Notes under the pieces: generated by a model
What the model was told of the DNA's origin: nothing
Seen by the model: the letters and a program-made list of their open reading frames with translations, nothing else
Database searches by the model: none
Made by a program: the position numbers and the translations under genes
In this document: one piece after another, positions 22,482 through 32,165 of the stretch
Layout of the letters: every line of letters begins with the position of its first letter
Position numbering within the stretch: the stretch's first letter is position 1
Source: a virus
Strand: one strand, 5' to 3'
IMG/VR virus record: IMGVR_UViG_3300049347_000001
Coordinates: 1 to 61,186 of that record
Length of the DNA: 61,186 nt

Positions 22482-24713
22482 CTACTTCCGCTGGTCGAGG
22501 AGCACGTCCTCCCAGGTGGCGTAGGAGTCCAGCACCTGCTGCCATGTGGAGAAACTGCTGAGGACGTCCTGCCAGGTGCGGGAAGCCGAGCCGTTCACGC
22601 TGACCGCGACGGGCATGTCCGCTTCGACGAGCGGCAGCGTCCACTCTCGCCATTCCTCCTGCGCGAGCGGGCTCACCCGCGGGCGGGCGACCGGGCCGAC
22701 GTTGACGTACACGTCGTCCTCGCCCATCCCCGGCGCCGCCTGCCACAGCAGCACGTTGCCCGAACTGAGAAGCCGGCGGAGCGCCTTGCGTTCGTCGTCG
22801 GACTGGGTCCACACGACGAGATCGCCCTCCTGGCCGCCGCGGCTGTCGCTCAGCACGACCTTGTTCTGCCGGCCGCGGACCTTGTGGGCGGCCTGCTCGA
22901 TCGGGTCGGACCAGTCCGGCGCTCGCGCCGCCATGACCAGCATGTTCCGCTGGGGGTTGCCTGGGTCCTTCAGCCAGACGTAGTTGGGGTCGTCGTGGTC
23001 GAGGGTGACCGGCGTCGAGCTGCGGGTGTAGGAGAGGACGCCGGCCGCCGTATACACCTCGATGAAGTAGTAGACGGGCACGGCCAGCGGCGCCTCGTGG
23101 TCCTCGACGATGAGGAGATCGGAGGTGATGACGTCGCGGTCGATGAGGCCGCTGCCGCCGCGGACGAGGGTGCGGGTGCCGTCCTGCGTCACCCGGTAGA
23201 CAGTGATCAGGCCATCCACGGTCAGCTCGCGCAGCGTCAGCGTGACGTAGGCGTCGTCGTCATGATCGGTGACAGCGACGAGCGGCAGCGCCTGCCACAG
23301 CGCGACCGCGTCCACCCACAGGCTGGATGGCGCCGTCCCGGCGACGCCGACAACCTCGACGGCCGCCTTCGCCGCGTTGGCGGGCGCGATCGCGTCATGC
23401 GCCAGGGCGTAATAGCTGCCCGCGGGCAGAGCGAAGACGGCGCCGGCGCTGACGCCGAGGTCGACGTTACTGGCGTCGTACCAGCGGATTTTCAGGGTGA
23501 CCGTCGGCCAGGTCCCCGCGTTCACCTTGAGGATGATCTGCGAACGCCAGCTCAGGCCCGGCGCGTTCGGCACCGCGAACATGCCGCTTCGCCAGGTCGA
23601 CGACGTAGCTGTCGCCGACGACACCGCCAGGCTGTAATAGCCGCCCCACGACGCCACGTTCCACGGGGTGGAGCGGGCCAGCGTCGCCACGCCGGACGCC
23701 ACCGTCCAGCCGCCCGTCGACTGCTCGAAGCTCCCGTTGGCGTAGGGGATGACCGACCCAGCCATGATCTTCGTGGCGGGCTGGATCACAGCGGTGTCCA
23801 CGCGCAGCACCTGGCCGGCCGTGGCACTGTCGATACCGACCGCGAGCGCGCACGATGCCGCGAGAGCAGGCGCAACGTCGGACACGATCTGCCGGTAGAA
23901 GCCAGTGCCTGGCGCCGCCAACTGTGAGCGCGTCGCCTGGATCTGCGTGCCGCCCGCATCGTAGAACCGCAGATCCACCCACGTCACGCTGCCGGACGTG
24001 GGTGGGCTGAGGTAGATGTATCCCAGGTACTCGGTGCCGGGCGTCACTACGGGGCGTGCCGTCATCCGCATCGCAGCGTTCGCGGATGCGGTTGCCGTCA
24101 TGGCCATGGTGTGGCCGCCTGCGTAGTACCAGGTCACATCCCACGTGACGGCCGGCACTTGGCGGCCGATCGTGCAGTTCGTCTCGACCGTCCACCCGGA
24201 GGCGTCCACCTCCGTCGACTCCGAGGCGAAGTCGAACAGGTTGCCGGGCGTCCGGATCGGCAGGCCCAGGTAGACGTTCTCGTAGAAGCTGTTGACGGCT
24301 CCGGCGGCCGGGGTGGACGACAGCAGCACCTGCGCCTGCGTCGCCCCCGCCGGCGCCGTACCCGCCACGCTGATCCGGTGCCACGACGCCGACGCCGCCG
24401 ACGTTGTCAGCGACCAGGTGATGCTGACCTCGGTGCCGGTGGAGGTCAGCCAGCGGATACCGATCCGCTCCGGCACCGTCGCGCCGCTGGCGTCGGCGAA
24501 CGTCTCGTACAGCGTGCCCGCGGCGACCGGGTACGAGGACAGGGTGCGGGCCTGCATCTCGCCCGCGGCCACCGACCGCACCGTGAGGACACCGTCGCCC
24601 GACCGGCCGCCCGTGCCCTTCGACAAGGTGCAGTTGAGCTTGGCCGTCCACCCGGAGATGGACGGATCCATGGACTCCGTCGCCGAGCTGAGGAGATTCC
24701 CGGAAATCGCCAA
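22482..24713 (-). CDS. Distal-tail (Dit-like) protein with three N-terminal carbohydrate-binding-like repeats, 743 aa
   Basis: TTG 24713 with GAGGAGGTG RBS; first gene after the tape measure; three ~150-aa modules each opening with ..SGWT/GGWT..; C-terminal third resembles siphovirus tail-family (Dit) proteins. Confidence 0.7.
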   Translation of the reverse strand: MAISGNLLSSATESMDPSISGWTAKLNCTLSKGTGGRSGDGVLTVRSVAAGEMQARTLSSYPVAAGTLYETFADASGATVPERIGIRWLTSTGTEVSITWSLTTSAASASWHRISVAGTAPAGATQAQVLLSSTPAAGAVNSFYENVYLGLPIRTPGNLFDFASESTEVDASGWTVETNCTIGRQVPAVTWDVTWYYAGGHTMAMTATASANAAMRMTARPVVTPGTEYLGYIYLSPPTSGSVTWVDLRFYDAGGTQIQATRSQLAAPGTGFYRQIVSDVAPALAASCALAVGIDSATAGQVLRVDTAVIQPATKIMAGSVIPYANGSFEQSTGGWTVASGVATLARSTPWNVASWGGYYSLAVSSATATSSTWRSGMFAVPNAPGLSWRSQIILKVNAGTWPTVTLKIRWYDASNVDLGVSAGAVFALPAGSYYALAHDAIAPANAAKAAVEVVGVAGTAPSSLWVDAVALWQALPLVAVTDHDDDAYVTLTLRELTVDGLITVYRVTQDGTRTLVRGGSGLIDRDVITSDLLIVEDHEAPLAVPVYYFIEVYTAAGVLSYTRSSTPVTLDHDDPNYVWLKDPGNPQRNMLVMAARAPDWSDPIEQAAHKVRGRQNKVVLSDSRGGQEGDLVVWTQSDDERKALRRLLSSGNVLLWQAAPGMGEDDVYVNVGPVARPRVSPLAQEEWREWTLPLVEADMPVAVSVNGSASRTWQDVLSSFSTWQQVLDSYATWEDVLLDQRK

Positions 24714-24724
24714 GAGGCACCTCC

Positions 24725-27700
24725 TCAGCTCGCGTTGATGACGGAGATCAGCTCACGGTTGCTCTGGTGGACGCGCACATCGATGAACTCGGCGAGCGCC
24801 TGGTCCCGCGTGTGGATCTCCACAACGACCGGTGCCCCGCCTCCGGCAGCTGCCGTCGACATGACCCGCCACTGGCTGGCCGTGAGGACGGCCTCCGGCT
24901 GCCCGGTGGCGTTGACGGCCGTTGTGACGCCCGGCCGCAGCCATCCGCCCGAGTCGTACTTGCTGGGCTGCAATCCCCATCGGGAGGTGAACAGAGACGA
25001 GTTGGAGCCGCGGGCGCTCTTGCCGATGACCACGCCGTCTCCGCCGCGGGACTCGACGTTGACGCCGTTCAGCGTGCCGGCCGTGTGGCCGACGCCGGCG
25101 TTCGTGATGCCGATCGTGAACGGGGAGCGTGCACCCCTCACCCACCCGGCAGGCCCTGAGGCGCCGAACGCTCCCGTGGCCCAGCGTCGGACATTAGGCG
25201 CCTGCCCGCGGATGACGTTCTCGATTGCCCCCATGAAGCCGCTGCAGTCGAAGCCCGTGGGCCCGGCGCCGCCCCAGATGTACGGCTTGCCGTTCTGGGC
25301 GCGCGCCCAGGTCAGCGCCCGCTGATAGCCGCCACCTCCGATGCCCGCCGCAGTGAACTTCTTGTCGGCCGTCCCCGAGAAGTCGACGATTGCTTTGATC
25401 ATCCGCTTCGGAATGCCGGAGATCATGTCCCGGTACGCCGAGGCGGATCCGGAGATCCTGGCGATGAGCGGCTGCACGACCTTGTTGAGGCCGGCGACCG
25501 CGGACGCCTTGATGCCGTCCTTCAGCCACGACACCCCGGACTTGGCCAGGTCGACACCCTTCGACGCGGCACTCTTCACCCATCCGAAGATGCCGCCGTC
25601 CGCGAACGCAGGCATTCCGCCCGCCACCATGCGGCGGATCGCGGACACGCCACCACTGCGCGCGGCAGCGTTCATCGTGTTCACGTAGCCCGGCCCCATG
25701 GCGCGCGTCCACTCCGGCCGCATCACCGCCTCGCCGCCCGACAGGGCAGCCATGTGCACATCCCGGCCCGGCGTGTAGCCCGGAAGGACGCCGCCGCGCG
25801 CGAAGTTGAAGGTGGACAGCTTCGGCGCCCCGAAGGTGCCCGCCACCTTGTTCCACACGCCGACGATGCCCTTGTTGTAGACGGTGTCGACGATGAACTG
25901 GACGGGCGCCTTGGCTATGCCCTTCACCTTGTCCCAGGCCAGCTTGATGGCGTTCTTTGCTGACTCGAACGCCTTCCCGACCTGGCCGACCGCCGACTTC
26001 AGGGTGCTGAAGGCGGGCTTGATCCCGGAGTTGTAGACCGTCGAGATCGTGTTACGGATACCGTTCAGAGCGGGCTTCACGCCGTTGGTCCACAGCCACT
26101 GGAACCAGCCGCCTACCGCCTTCAGGCCGCCCGTCACCAGACCGAAGTAGAGCTTCACTCCGGTCCACCACAGCTTGGCCGCCGAGATGATCCACCCGAA
26201 GACGGGGGCGACGGCCTTGTCGTACAGCCAGCGGACCCAGCCGCCGACTGTCTGGAGTCCGGTCGTGACGAGGCTGAAGTACAGCTTGACGCCGCTCCAC
26301 CACAGCTTGAAGCCCGCCACGATCCACCCCAGCACGGGCGAGATCGCCTTCTCCCACAGCCAGACGGCCGCGTCTCCGACAGCACGGAGCGCGGTCATGA
26401 CCAGACCGGCGTACAGCTTCACGCCGGTCCACCAGACCTTGAATGCGACCAGGAAGACGACGCCGTAGATCGTGGCGACGATGCGGGCCGCGGCGCCGAT
26501 GAACCCGAAGACAGGCTTCAGCACCGTGTTCCACAGCCACAGCGCACCGGCCGCGACAGCTTTCCAGCCGGTGACGAGGCCGTCGATGGTCGGTTTGAGG
26601 ACGTTGTCCCACGCCCACATGGCCGCCGTCTGGATGCCCTGCCAGGCGCCCATCACGATGGACTTGAAGGTCTCTGACTTCTTCCAGGCGATGACGAGGG
26701 CAGCGCCCAGGGCGATGACCGCGATGGCGATCAGCACGAACGGGTTCAGCGCCATCACCGCATTGAGGACGGCCTGCGCGGCAGCGAAACCGGACGTGAC
26801 CGCGGTGCCCACCAGGATCGCGGCGCGATACACGCTGAACACCGCGGTGACAATCCCGGTGGCTATGGCCTGCGCGTTCAGGGCGAGCGTCACCCCGCCG
26901 ATCAGGATGGCCAGCGGCGCCAGCCAGACGCCCCACTCGCGCAGCCAGTTGACGGTGCCGGACACGACGCTGCTAGTCAGCTTGATCGCGGGGACCAGGC
27001 TGGCGTTGAGGATGTGCGCCAGCAAGGCCACGATCGGCAGCACCTCGCGGGCGATGAATCCGACGAAGCCCTGCTTCAAGGTGCGGGTGAAAACCTCGAG
27101 GTCGTGGCTCGGACCCGAGTGGAGCGTCTTCCCAAGCTCGGCTGCAGCGCCGGTCACGTCGCCGAATCCCTTCGCTGCGGCTGCCGGGTCGAGCTTGAAC
27201 AAGGCGGTGCCGAGTTCCTCCGCCTGGGTACCGAAGAGGCCGACGGCGGCCGCGTTCTGCGTGACCGGGTCCTTGACGCCGCGCAGCTTGTCCAGCACGA
27301 GTTGCAGTCCGGCGGTGGCACCCTTCCCACCCTTGGCGATCTGCAGGGACATGTCCTCGGCGGAAAGGCCGAGCAGCTTGTAGGCGTCCTGCGAACTCTG
27401 CGACATGTCGATCGCGCGGATCGAGAACTCCTTGAGCGAGTCCGCGATGATGTCGGTGTCTCGCGCACCCCCTTGCAGGCCCTGCTGAAAAAGCCCGAGT
27501 GCCTGCTTCGAGTCGATGCCCAGCTTCCTCAGCTGGACCGGGTATTCCTGGAACGTCTCCAGCAGATCCTCGGCGTTCGGCCCGAGCTTCTGCATGCCGA
27601 CCGTGATGACGTCCAGCGCGCTCTTGGCGTTCGGGGCGAGGCCGTTCTTCATCAGCGCCGACACGGCCTGCGTCTGCAAGGACATGTCCGTGCCGAACGT

Positions 27701-28144
27701 GGTGGACACGTCCGCCATCTGCGCGGCGATCGATTTCAGCTGCTTGTTCGTCGCGTCCGGCGGGACAAGGCCCGCGTTGACGATAGAGCGGATGACCTCC
27801 GCGCCCTGCGCAATGTCCTCGGTGATGCCCTTGGCGTACAGCTGCCCGGCGATCTTCCCGTAGCGGCCGGCGTCCTTGCTGCTCGCGCCGAGCTGAGCCT
27901 GGAGCGTAGAGGTGATGTTCGCCTGCTCCATCGCCTCGCTGATACCGGCGACGAGCAACGCTCCTGCGGCAGCGCCTGCTACGGCGGCGCCGGCAATCAG
28001 TTTGCCCTTCAGGCCGTCGCCAGCCGCCTCGCCGGCATCGCCGCCCGCATCACCAGAAGGTCCCACGAGCTGGCGGCGCAGCTCGTCGGATATGCCGCGC
28101 ACCGAGGGGATGATCTGGATCGTGGCATATCCGACGTTCGGCAT
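24725..28144 (-). CDS. Tape measure protein with C-terminal NlpC/P60-type peptidase domain, 1139 aa
   Basis: Length, position after the chaperones, repeated W-rich TM-like central repeats (WWTGVKLYxGLV x4); C-terminus ALTWARAQNGKPYIWGGAGPTGFDCSGFMGAIENV...GHTAGTL = NlpC/P60 Cys-His core. Confidence 0.9.
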   Translation of the reverse strand: MPNVGYATIQIIPSVRGISDELRRQLVGPSGDAGGDAGEAAGDGLKGKLIAGAAVAGAAAGALLVAGISEAMEQANITSTLQAQLGASSKDAGRYGKIAGQLYAKGITEDIAQGAEVIRSIVNAGLVPPDATNKQLKSIAAQMADVSTTFGTDMSLQTQAVSALMKNGLAPNAKSALDVITVGMQKLGPNAEDLLETFQEYPVQLRKLGIDSKQALGLFQQGLQGGARDTDIIADSLKEFSIRAIDMSQSSQDAYKLLGLSAEDMSLQIAKGGKGATAGLQLVLDKLRGVKDPVTQNAAAVGLFGTQAEELGTALFKLDPAAAAKGFGDVTGAAAELGKTLHSGPSHDLEVFTRTLKQGFVGFIAREVLPIVALLAHILNASLVPAIKLTSSVVSGTVNWLREWGVWLAPLAILIGGVTLALNAQAIATGIVTAVFSVYRAAILVGTAVTSGFAAAQAVLNAVMALNPFVLIAIAVIALGAALVIAWKKSETFKSIVMGAWQGIQTAAMWAWDNVLKPTIDGLVTGWKAVAAGALWLWNTVLKPVFGFIGAAARIVATIYGVVFLVAFKVWWTGVKLYAGLVMTALRAVGDAAVWLWEKAISPVLGWIVAGFKLWWSGVKLYFSLVTTGLQTVGGWVRWLYDKAVAPVFGWIISAAKLWWTGVKLYFGLVTGGLKAVGGWFQWLWTNGVKPALNGIRNTISTVYNSGIKPAFSTLKSAVGQVGKAFESAKNAIKLAWDKVKGIAKAPVQFIVDTVYNKGIVGVWNKVAGTFGAPKLSTFNFARGGVLPGYTPGRDVHMAALSGGEAVMRPEWTRAMGPGYVNTMNAAARSGGVSAIRRMVAGGMPAFADGGIFGWVKSAASKGVDLAKSGVSWLKDGIKASAVAGLNKVVQPLIARISGSASAYRDMISGIPKRMIKAIVDFSGTADKKFTAAGIGGGGYQRALTWARAQNGKPYIWGGAGPTGFDCSGFMGAIENVIRGQAPNVRRWATGAFGASGPAGWVRGARSPFTIGITNAGVGHTAGTLNGVNVESRGGDGVVIGKSARGSNSSLFTSRWGLQPSKYDSGGWLRPGVTTAVNATGQPEAVLTASQWRVMSTAAAGGGAPVVVEIHTRDQALAEFIDVRVHQSNRELISVINAS

Positions 28145-28165
28145 GACGCACCTCCTGCTGGTCCG

Positions 28166-28923
28166 TCACGCGATGCGCCCTTCGGCGATCGCCTGCTCGC
28201 GCTCTTGCCTGCGGCGTCGGGCGTCCTCGAGCTTCGCCGTGCGTTTCTCGGTCTTGCCGTCCTCGGCCTGCTGCAGCCAGCGGCGCGGATACGGCTTGGG
28301 CGGCTTGACCTGCCCGGCCTTCTTCTCGTCGGTGTTGGCCGAGACGAAGTGGTAGTCCAGAGTGGTCAGCGCATCGAACACGTCGGCCAGCGCGACCTCT
28401 TCGTGCGATGGCTCGACGACGCCGCCGCTGATGGCGGTGCGTGTCGCCGACGTCGGCGAGAGGCCGCGCACGAGGCTGGCCAGTTCCCGCCAGGTGAGGC
28501 CGCCGGTGAACAGGTCGCGCAGGCGGACGCCGTACTCGCGCCGCAGGTCCGCTTCGAGGGCTCTGCCGTGCCTCCGGATCAGCTCTCGGAGGCCGAGGAT
28601 TCCCCCGGCTCCACTCCGCAGTGCTGCTGCCAGGCCTTGAAGAGAGGCATCATCTTGTACTGCGGCAGGCGCACCTTGCGGAAGTCGTCGTAGTGTTCGC
28701 CGAGCGCCAGCTTGAAGGCGCCGATGACAGCCTTCATGTCACCACCGTCGGCGGCCTCGACGAGGTCCCAGATGTCCAAGCCGTTCAGGTGGGCGAACTC
28801 CCAGCGGCGTCCGTCGAAGTGGACCCGGAACGGGCTGAGTTCGACCTCGGACTTGACGGCGTCGAGGTTGAAGTCGAACGGCTGGTCGTCGGCCGTCTTG
28901 CCGGTCGCGGTTCGGGTGGTCAT
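28166..28923 (-). CDS. Tail assembly chaperone G-T-like fusion made by programmed -1 frameshift
   Basis: The -1 frame is open from above 28620 to TGA 28166. Own translation across the join: ..SGAGGILGLRELIRRHGRALEADLRREYGVRLRDLFTGGLTWRELASLVRGLSPTS.. (typical T-part motif). Slip site GGGGGAA at 28606..28600. Coordinates mod 3 fit a -1 shift. Confidence 0.65.
28579..28923 (-). CDS. Tail assembly chaperone (G-like, short product), 114 aa
   Basis: Position between major tail protein and tape measure; ends 20 nt after a GGGGGAA run. Confidence 0.75.
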   Translation of the reverse strand: MTTRTATGKTADDQPFDFNLDAVKSEVELSPFRVHFDGRRWEFAHLNGLDIWDLVEAADGGDMKAVIGAFKLALGEHYDDFRKVRLPQYKMMPLFKAWQQHCGVEPGESSASES

Positions 28924-28926
28924 GGA

Positions 28927-29280
28927 TCACTCGCTCTCTTGGCGCGGTTCGGGCTTGATGATCTGGACGGCGCCGGCCATCAGCGTGAGCCGGACGGTGC
29001 TGATGCCGTCGGGGTCGAGGCCGATCTCCATGGGCTGTTTGGCAACGAGCCAGGGGAACGGTTCGCCGTCGACGAGGATCGCCCCGCCGGGCTGGATGAC
29101 GATCTCCTTCGCCAGCTCCGGCTCGCGTTCCGTCTTCCTCGGCGAAGCGGTTGCGGCCTCCTGCAGCAGGACTGCCGCCACCTTGCTGCGCTGATGCCGT
29201 GGCAGTTCGTCCCCGTCCCTGATGAGTCCGAGTTCCACAGCCTTTGCGCGGATGTCGAGCTCAGTGAACTGGACCTGCAT
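28927..29280 (-). CDS. Hypothetical protein between major tail and chaperone genes, 117 aa
   Basis: Track ORF 28927..30099 trimmed to ATG 29280 (GAGGAG RBS). Confidence 0.6.
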   Translation of the reverse strand: MQVQFTELDIRAKAVELGLIRDGDELPRHQRSKVAAVLLQEAATASPRKTEREPELAKEIVIQPGGAILVDGEPFPWLVAKQPMEIGLDPDGISTVRLTLMAGAVQIIKPEPRQESE

Positions 29281-29357
29281 GTCGCGGCTCCTCGCGGTTC
29301 GAAGTCGTGCACCGGGGCGCGGCCGAACCGCGACGAACACCCGCGCCCCGGCGGTCG

Positions 29358-30128
29358 TCAGGCGGTGACGGTGACCGCACAGGTGTCGGACTGCCCGTTG
29401 TAGGTGGCCGTCACAGTGGACGTGCCGGGGTCGACGCCGGTCACGAAGCCGGCGGAGACGGTGGCGTCCGCCGGGGACGACGAGGTCCACGACGCCAGGG
29501 CTGTGACGTCCTGCGTGGACGCGTCGTCGAAGGTTGCGGTCGCGGTCAGCGCACCGATCTCGCCGTCGGCGATCGTCAGGGTCGACGGAGCGACCGACAG
29601 GCTGGTCAGGATCGGCGTGGTCTGCCGGTTGAACAGAACACCGCCGCCCGTGGGGTAGATCGTGGCAGCGAACGTCATCGACTCGAGGTCGGCCTCGTTC
29701 TCGCCGTGGTCGCCGTCGAGGCTGACCTCCGCGTAGTTCGCGGTGCTCAGGCGGCGGACCTTGTCGCCCTCGCGGGTCTCGAAGGCGACCAGCACCTTCG
29801 CCGGCCGGGGCACGACGATCTGCGTCGCAGAGGATCCGGGCCACAGGAGTGAGTAGGTGGTCTCGTTGTCCTCGAGCGCAGTGAAGCTCTTGGTCAGCTT
29901 GAAGTGGTTCCGCGACGTCTTGACGAGGATGCCGCCCCAGGCGAACTTGTCGTCGGTGTCCTCGTCCCTGCTCTCCGGGAATCCCTCGTCGCCGTCGAGC
30001 AGGCCGACGAGATCCCAGTCCACGCCGAACGCCGTGTTCGCGTCGGCGGGCAGGGTCGCGGACAGGTTGGTCGAGATGTAGACGTCCGCGTCCGTCCACA
30101 GATTTGCCTTCAGCGGGTCGCCGGCCAC
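29358..30128 (-). CDS. Major tail protein with C-terminal Ig-like (Big_2-type) domain, 256 aa
   Basis: Track ORF 29358..30311 trimmed to GTG 30128 (GAGGAGGA RBS); C-terminus SLSVAPSTLTIADGEIGALTATATFDDASTQDVTALASWTSSSPADATVS..GTSTVTATYNG = Ig-like fold pattern. Confidence 0.75.
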   Translation of the reverse strand: MAGDPLKANLWTDADVYISTNLSATLPADANTAFGVDWDLVGLLDGDEGFPESRDEDTDDKFAWGGILVKTSRNHFKLTKSFTALEDNETTYSLLWPGSSATQIVVPRPAKVLVAFETREGDKVRRLSTANYAEVSLDGDHGENEADLESMTFAATIYPTGGGVLFNRQTTPILTSLSVAPSTLTIADGEIGALTATATFDDASTQDVTALASWTSSSPADATVSAGFVTGVDPGTSTVTATYNGQSDTCAVTVTA

Positions 30129-30183
30129 GGCGTCCTCCTCGTCTAGGTACAGGGGGTAGTCGTCGCGATTCGGCGTGCTGGGG

Positions 30184-30624
30184 TCAGGCCGACAGGGGCT
30201 GCGGCTTGATGTTGGCGATGACGGTGAACGTCGACAGGTCGATGCCCGAGCCGCTGCGGTCCGGACCCGAGTCGACAGCGGGCAGCGGGCCAGTAGCCGG
30301 TCGGACGCCACGGATCACCGGACCGGAGTGGACCAGCAGCAGGGCCTGGCAGAGCATCGCCAGGTCGTGAGCCTTGTCAGGGTCCTCGTGCCACACGGTC
30401 ACGCGCAGCGTGCAGCGGGAGTTCGCCATCGAAGGATGCGGCAGATCCGTGTCCTTGCGGACCAGAACGTATGGCAGGTGCGGCGTCTCCGGAGACCGGT
30501 CACCCGGCACGCGTGTGCCGACCTCGACCCCTCCTGCGTGGGGCTCCGGCCGCCCCGCCAGAGCCACACGCAGCACCTCCGCCCCCGAGGACTGCACATC
30601 CCCGAAGATCACCAGTGGCTTCAC
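30184..30624 (-). CDS. Tail terminator-like protein (by position), 146 aa
   Basis: Trimmed to GTG 30624 (GTGA overlap with stop at 30621); immediately upstream of the major tail gene. Confidence 0.5.
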   Translation of the reverse strand: MKPLVIFGDVQSSGAEVLRVALAGRPEPHAGGVEVGTRVPGDRSPETPHLPYVLVRKDTDLPHPSMANSRCTLRVTVWHEDPDKAHDLAMLCQALLLVHSGPVIRGVRPATGPLPAVDSGPDRSGSGIDLSTFTVIANIKPQPLSA

Positions 30625-30902
30625 CGCTGCCACGCCCTGACCTCAAGGCCGGCGAACCCGGCCGCCCGGGTCAGGATGCCGTCGCGGGCCTGCCACGCCA
30701 TGGCGCGCACGTCGGCAACCACGACCGTGGCCGCACCGCGGTCCGTCGTGTACTTGCGGACCTCGATCGGCGTGCCGCCCGGGACGAGCGCCTTGACGTT
30801 GTCGGCGACCTCTTGCGCCTTGCCGTCGATGAGGGTGCGCACCTCGGGACCGCGGAGAACCTCCCGCACCCCGGCCGCGTCGAGACGGAAGTCCTGCAGC
30901 AT
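30621..30902 (-). CDS. Head-tail joining protein (HK97 gp10-like by position), 93 aa
   Basis: ATG 30902 with AGGAGG RBS; synteny in the connector block. Confidence 0.5.
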   Translation of the reverse strand: MLQDFRLDAAGVREVLRGPEVRTLIDGKAQEVADNVKALVPGGTPIEVRKYTTDRGAATVVVADVRAMAWQARDGILTRAAGFAGLEVRAWQR

Positions 30903-30911
30903 GGCGGCCTC

Positions 30912-31259
30912 CTATCCGGTAGCGCGCTTCATCTCGAACTCGATGTGGTGCACGGCGTCGACGAACAGCTCCGGCCAGCGAGCGACTTCGCCGTCCACCT
31001 CGAGCGTCATGCCGTCCCACTCGATACGGTCGTCGAAACGGATGTCCGGGTTGGTGCCCTCGGCGGACTGCACGTGCCAGCCGGTGACGACGGCGTTGCG
31101 CTGCTCGTTGACGGCTTCCTGCTGGATGCTGGGCTGGATGTTCACCTGGTCCACCGTCAGCCGGGACACCGCCGTCGGCGACCAGTCCTTGACGGTGTTG
31201 CCGCCACGGTCCGTGCGCTCACCCGCGCGCACCCGCACGAGAGACTGGTTGAACATCAT
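30912..31259 (-). CDS. Head closure / head-tail adaptor protein, 115 aa
   Basis: Track ORF 30912..31625 trimmed to ATG 31259 (1-nt overlap with upstream TGA); MMFNQSLVRVRAGERTDRGGNTVKDWS.. resembles head-closure proteins. Confidence 0.55.
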   Translation of the reverse strand: MMFNQSLVRVRAGERTDRGGNTVKDWSPTAVSRLTVDQVNIQPSIQQEAVNEQRNAVVTGWHVQSAEGTNPDIRFDDRIEWDGMTLEVDGEVARWPELFVDAVHHIEFEMKRATG

Positions 31260-31822
31260 CAGAGGTCGCTCCCCGTGCGGACCTTGTAGCGGGCCACGGC
31301 CTTCGACCACTGGTCCGATACGCCGACCGCGGCCGTCGCCCCGAACGTCACCGACTGTCCGCCCACCGCCCGCGACTGGACGCCGGGCACGACGGTGAAC
31401 ATCGTGCGCGCCTGGTCGATGACCGCCTCCTGGACGTCCTGCGGAATGTCCTCCAGAGCCGGGCCGAAGCCGTGGCTGTAGACCACGTCGACGCAGCGCA
31501 GGCGATCCGGCCAGCATGCGTAGCCGAGGCGGCGCAGCATGCCCGCCTCCGACCACGAGTAGTCCATGCCCTCGACCAGGACCTCGCCGTCCACCGCGAC
31601 CGACGTCACAGTTGTCGTCGGCCATACCGGCAGGAGCAGGGACTCGCGGCCGTTGCCGTCCAGCGTCACCTCGTCGTCGATGACGAGATCCATGGGGTGG
31701 CCGACCGCTCCTCGGAAGCGGCGGGTCGCTGCCTTGAGTGCAGCCAGGAGCTTCGGAGTGTCGGCCGGCACGCCCAGCCAGACCGCCAGTTCATTCGGGT
31801 CGGCCAGGTAGTCAGTCGCCAC
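31259..31822 (-). CDS. Head-tail connector protein (gp6-like), 187 aa
   Basis: GTG 31822; LADPNELAVWLGVPADTPKLLAALKAATRRF.. typical connector N-terminus; synteny. Confidence 0.6.
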   Translation of the reverse strand: MATDYLADPNELAVWLGVPADTPKLLAALKAATRRFRGAVGHPMDLVIDDEVTLDGNGRESLLLPVWPTTTVTSVAVDGEVLVEGMDYSWSEAGMLRRLGYACWPDRLRCVDVVYSHGFGPALEDIPQDVQEAVIDQARTMFTVVPGVQSRAVGGQSVTFGATAAVGVSDQWSKAVARYKVRTGSDL

Positions 31823-32165
31823 CGCCCTCGCCGCCCTTACCGCGCGGCGCGCGGGCCTTGTTGGACGACGTGGCGCGCGCCTTGTTCGGGGCCGCCGCGA
31901 TGGCCTTCTCCTCGCCCGCGGGCGCCTCGTCGGCGAGGTCGTCGTCCGTGAGGCCGCGCAGTTCGGCGTCGGCAGGGTTGAGCTTGAGGACCGTCTCGTG
32001 TCCGGCCTCGGTCTTGAAGCGGTACTTCTTCAGCGGACCGCCCACAGCGGCCACCTCCTGATCAGGGATGTCGACAGGTGTGACGGTCGAGGGCGGTCCG
32101 CACGCCGCGTGCTCGGCGCCGCACGGGCACCGCCCTCGAGTCGTCTGCCGGATGAACAGGCTCAC
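31812..32165 (-). CDS. Hypothetical head-module protein, 117 aa
   Basis: GTG 32165 in GTGA overlap with stop at 32162; Ala/Lys-rich tail. Confidence 0.5.
   Translation of the reverse strand: MSLFIRQTTRGRCPCGAEHAACGPPSTVTPVDIPDQEVAAVGGPLKKYRFKTEAGHETVLKLNPADAELRGLTDDDLADEAPAGEEKAIAAAPNKARATSSNKARAPRGKGGEGGGD

Noticed and set aside
28166-28471. Stand-alone 101-aa gene downstream of the chaperone gene.
   Set aside because: Its frame is open far upstream of the listed start and joins the G-like ORF by a -1 shift at a G-run. The classic G/G-T arrangement explains it.
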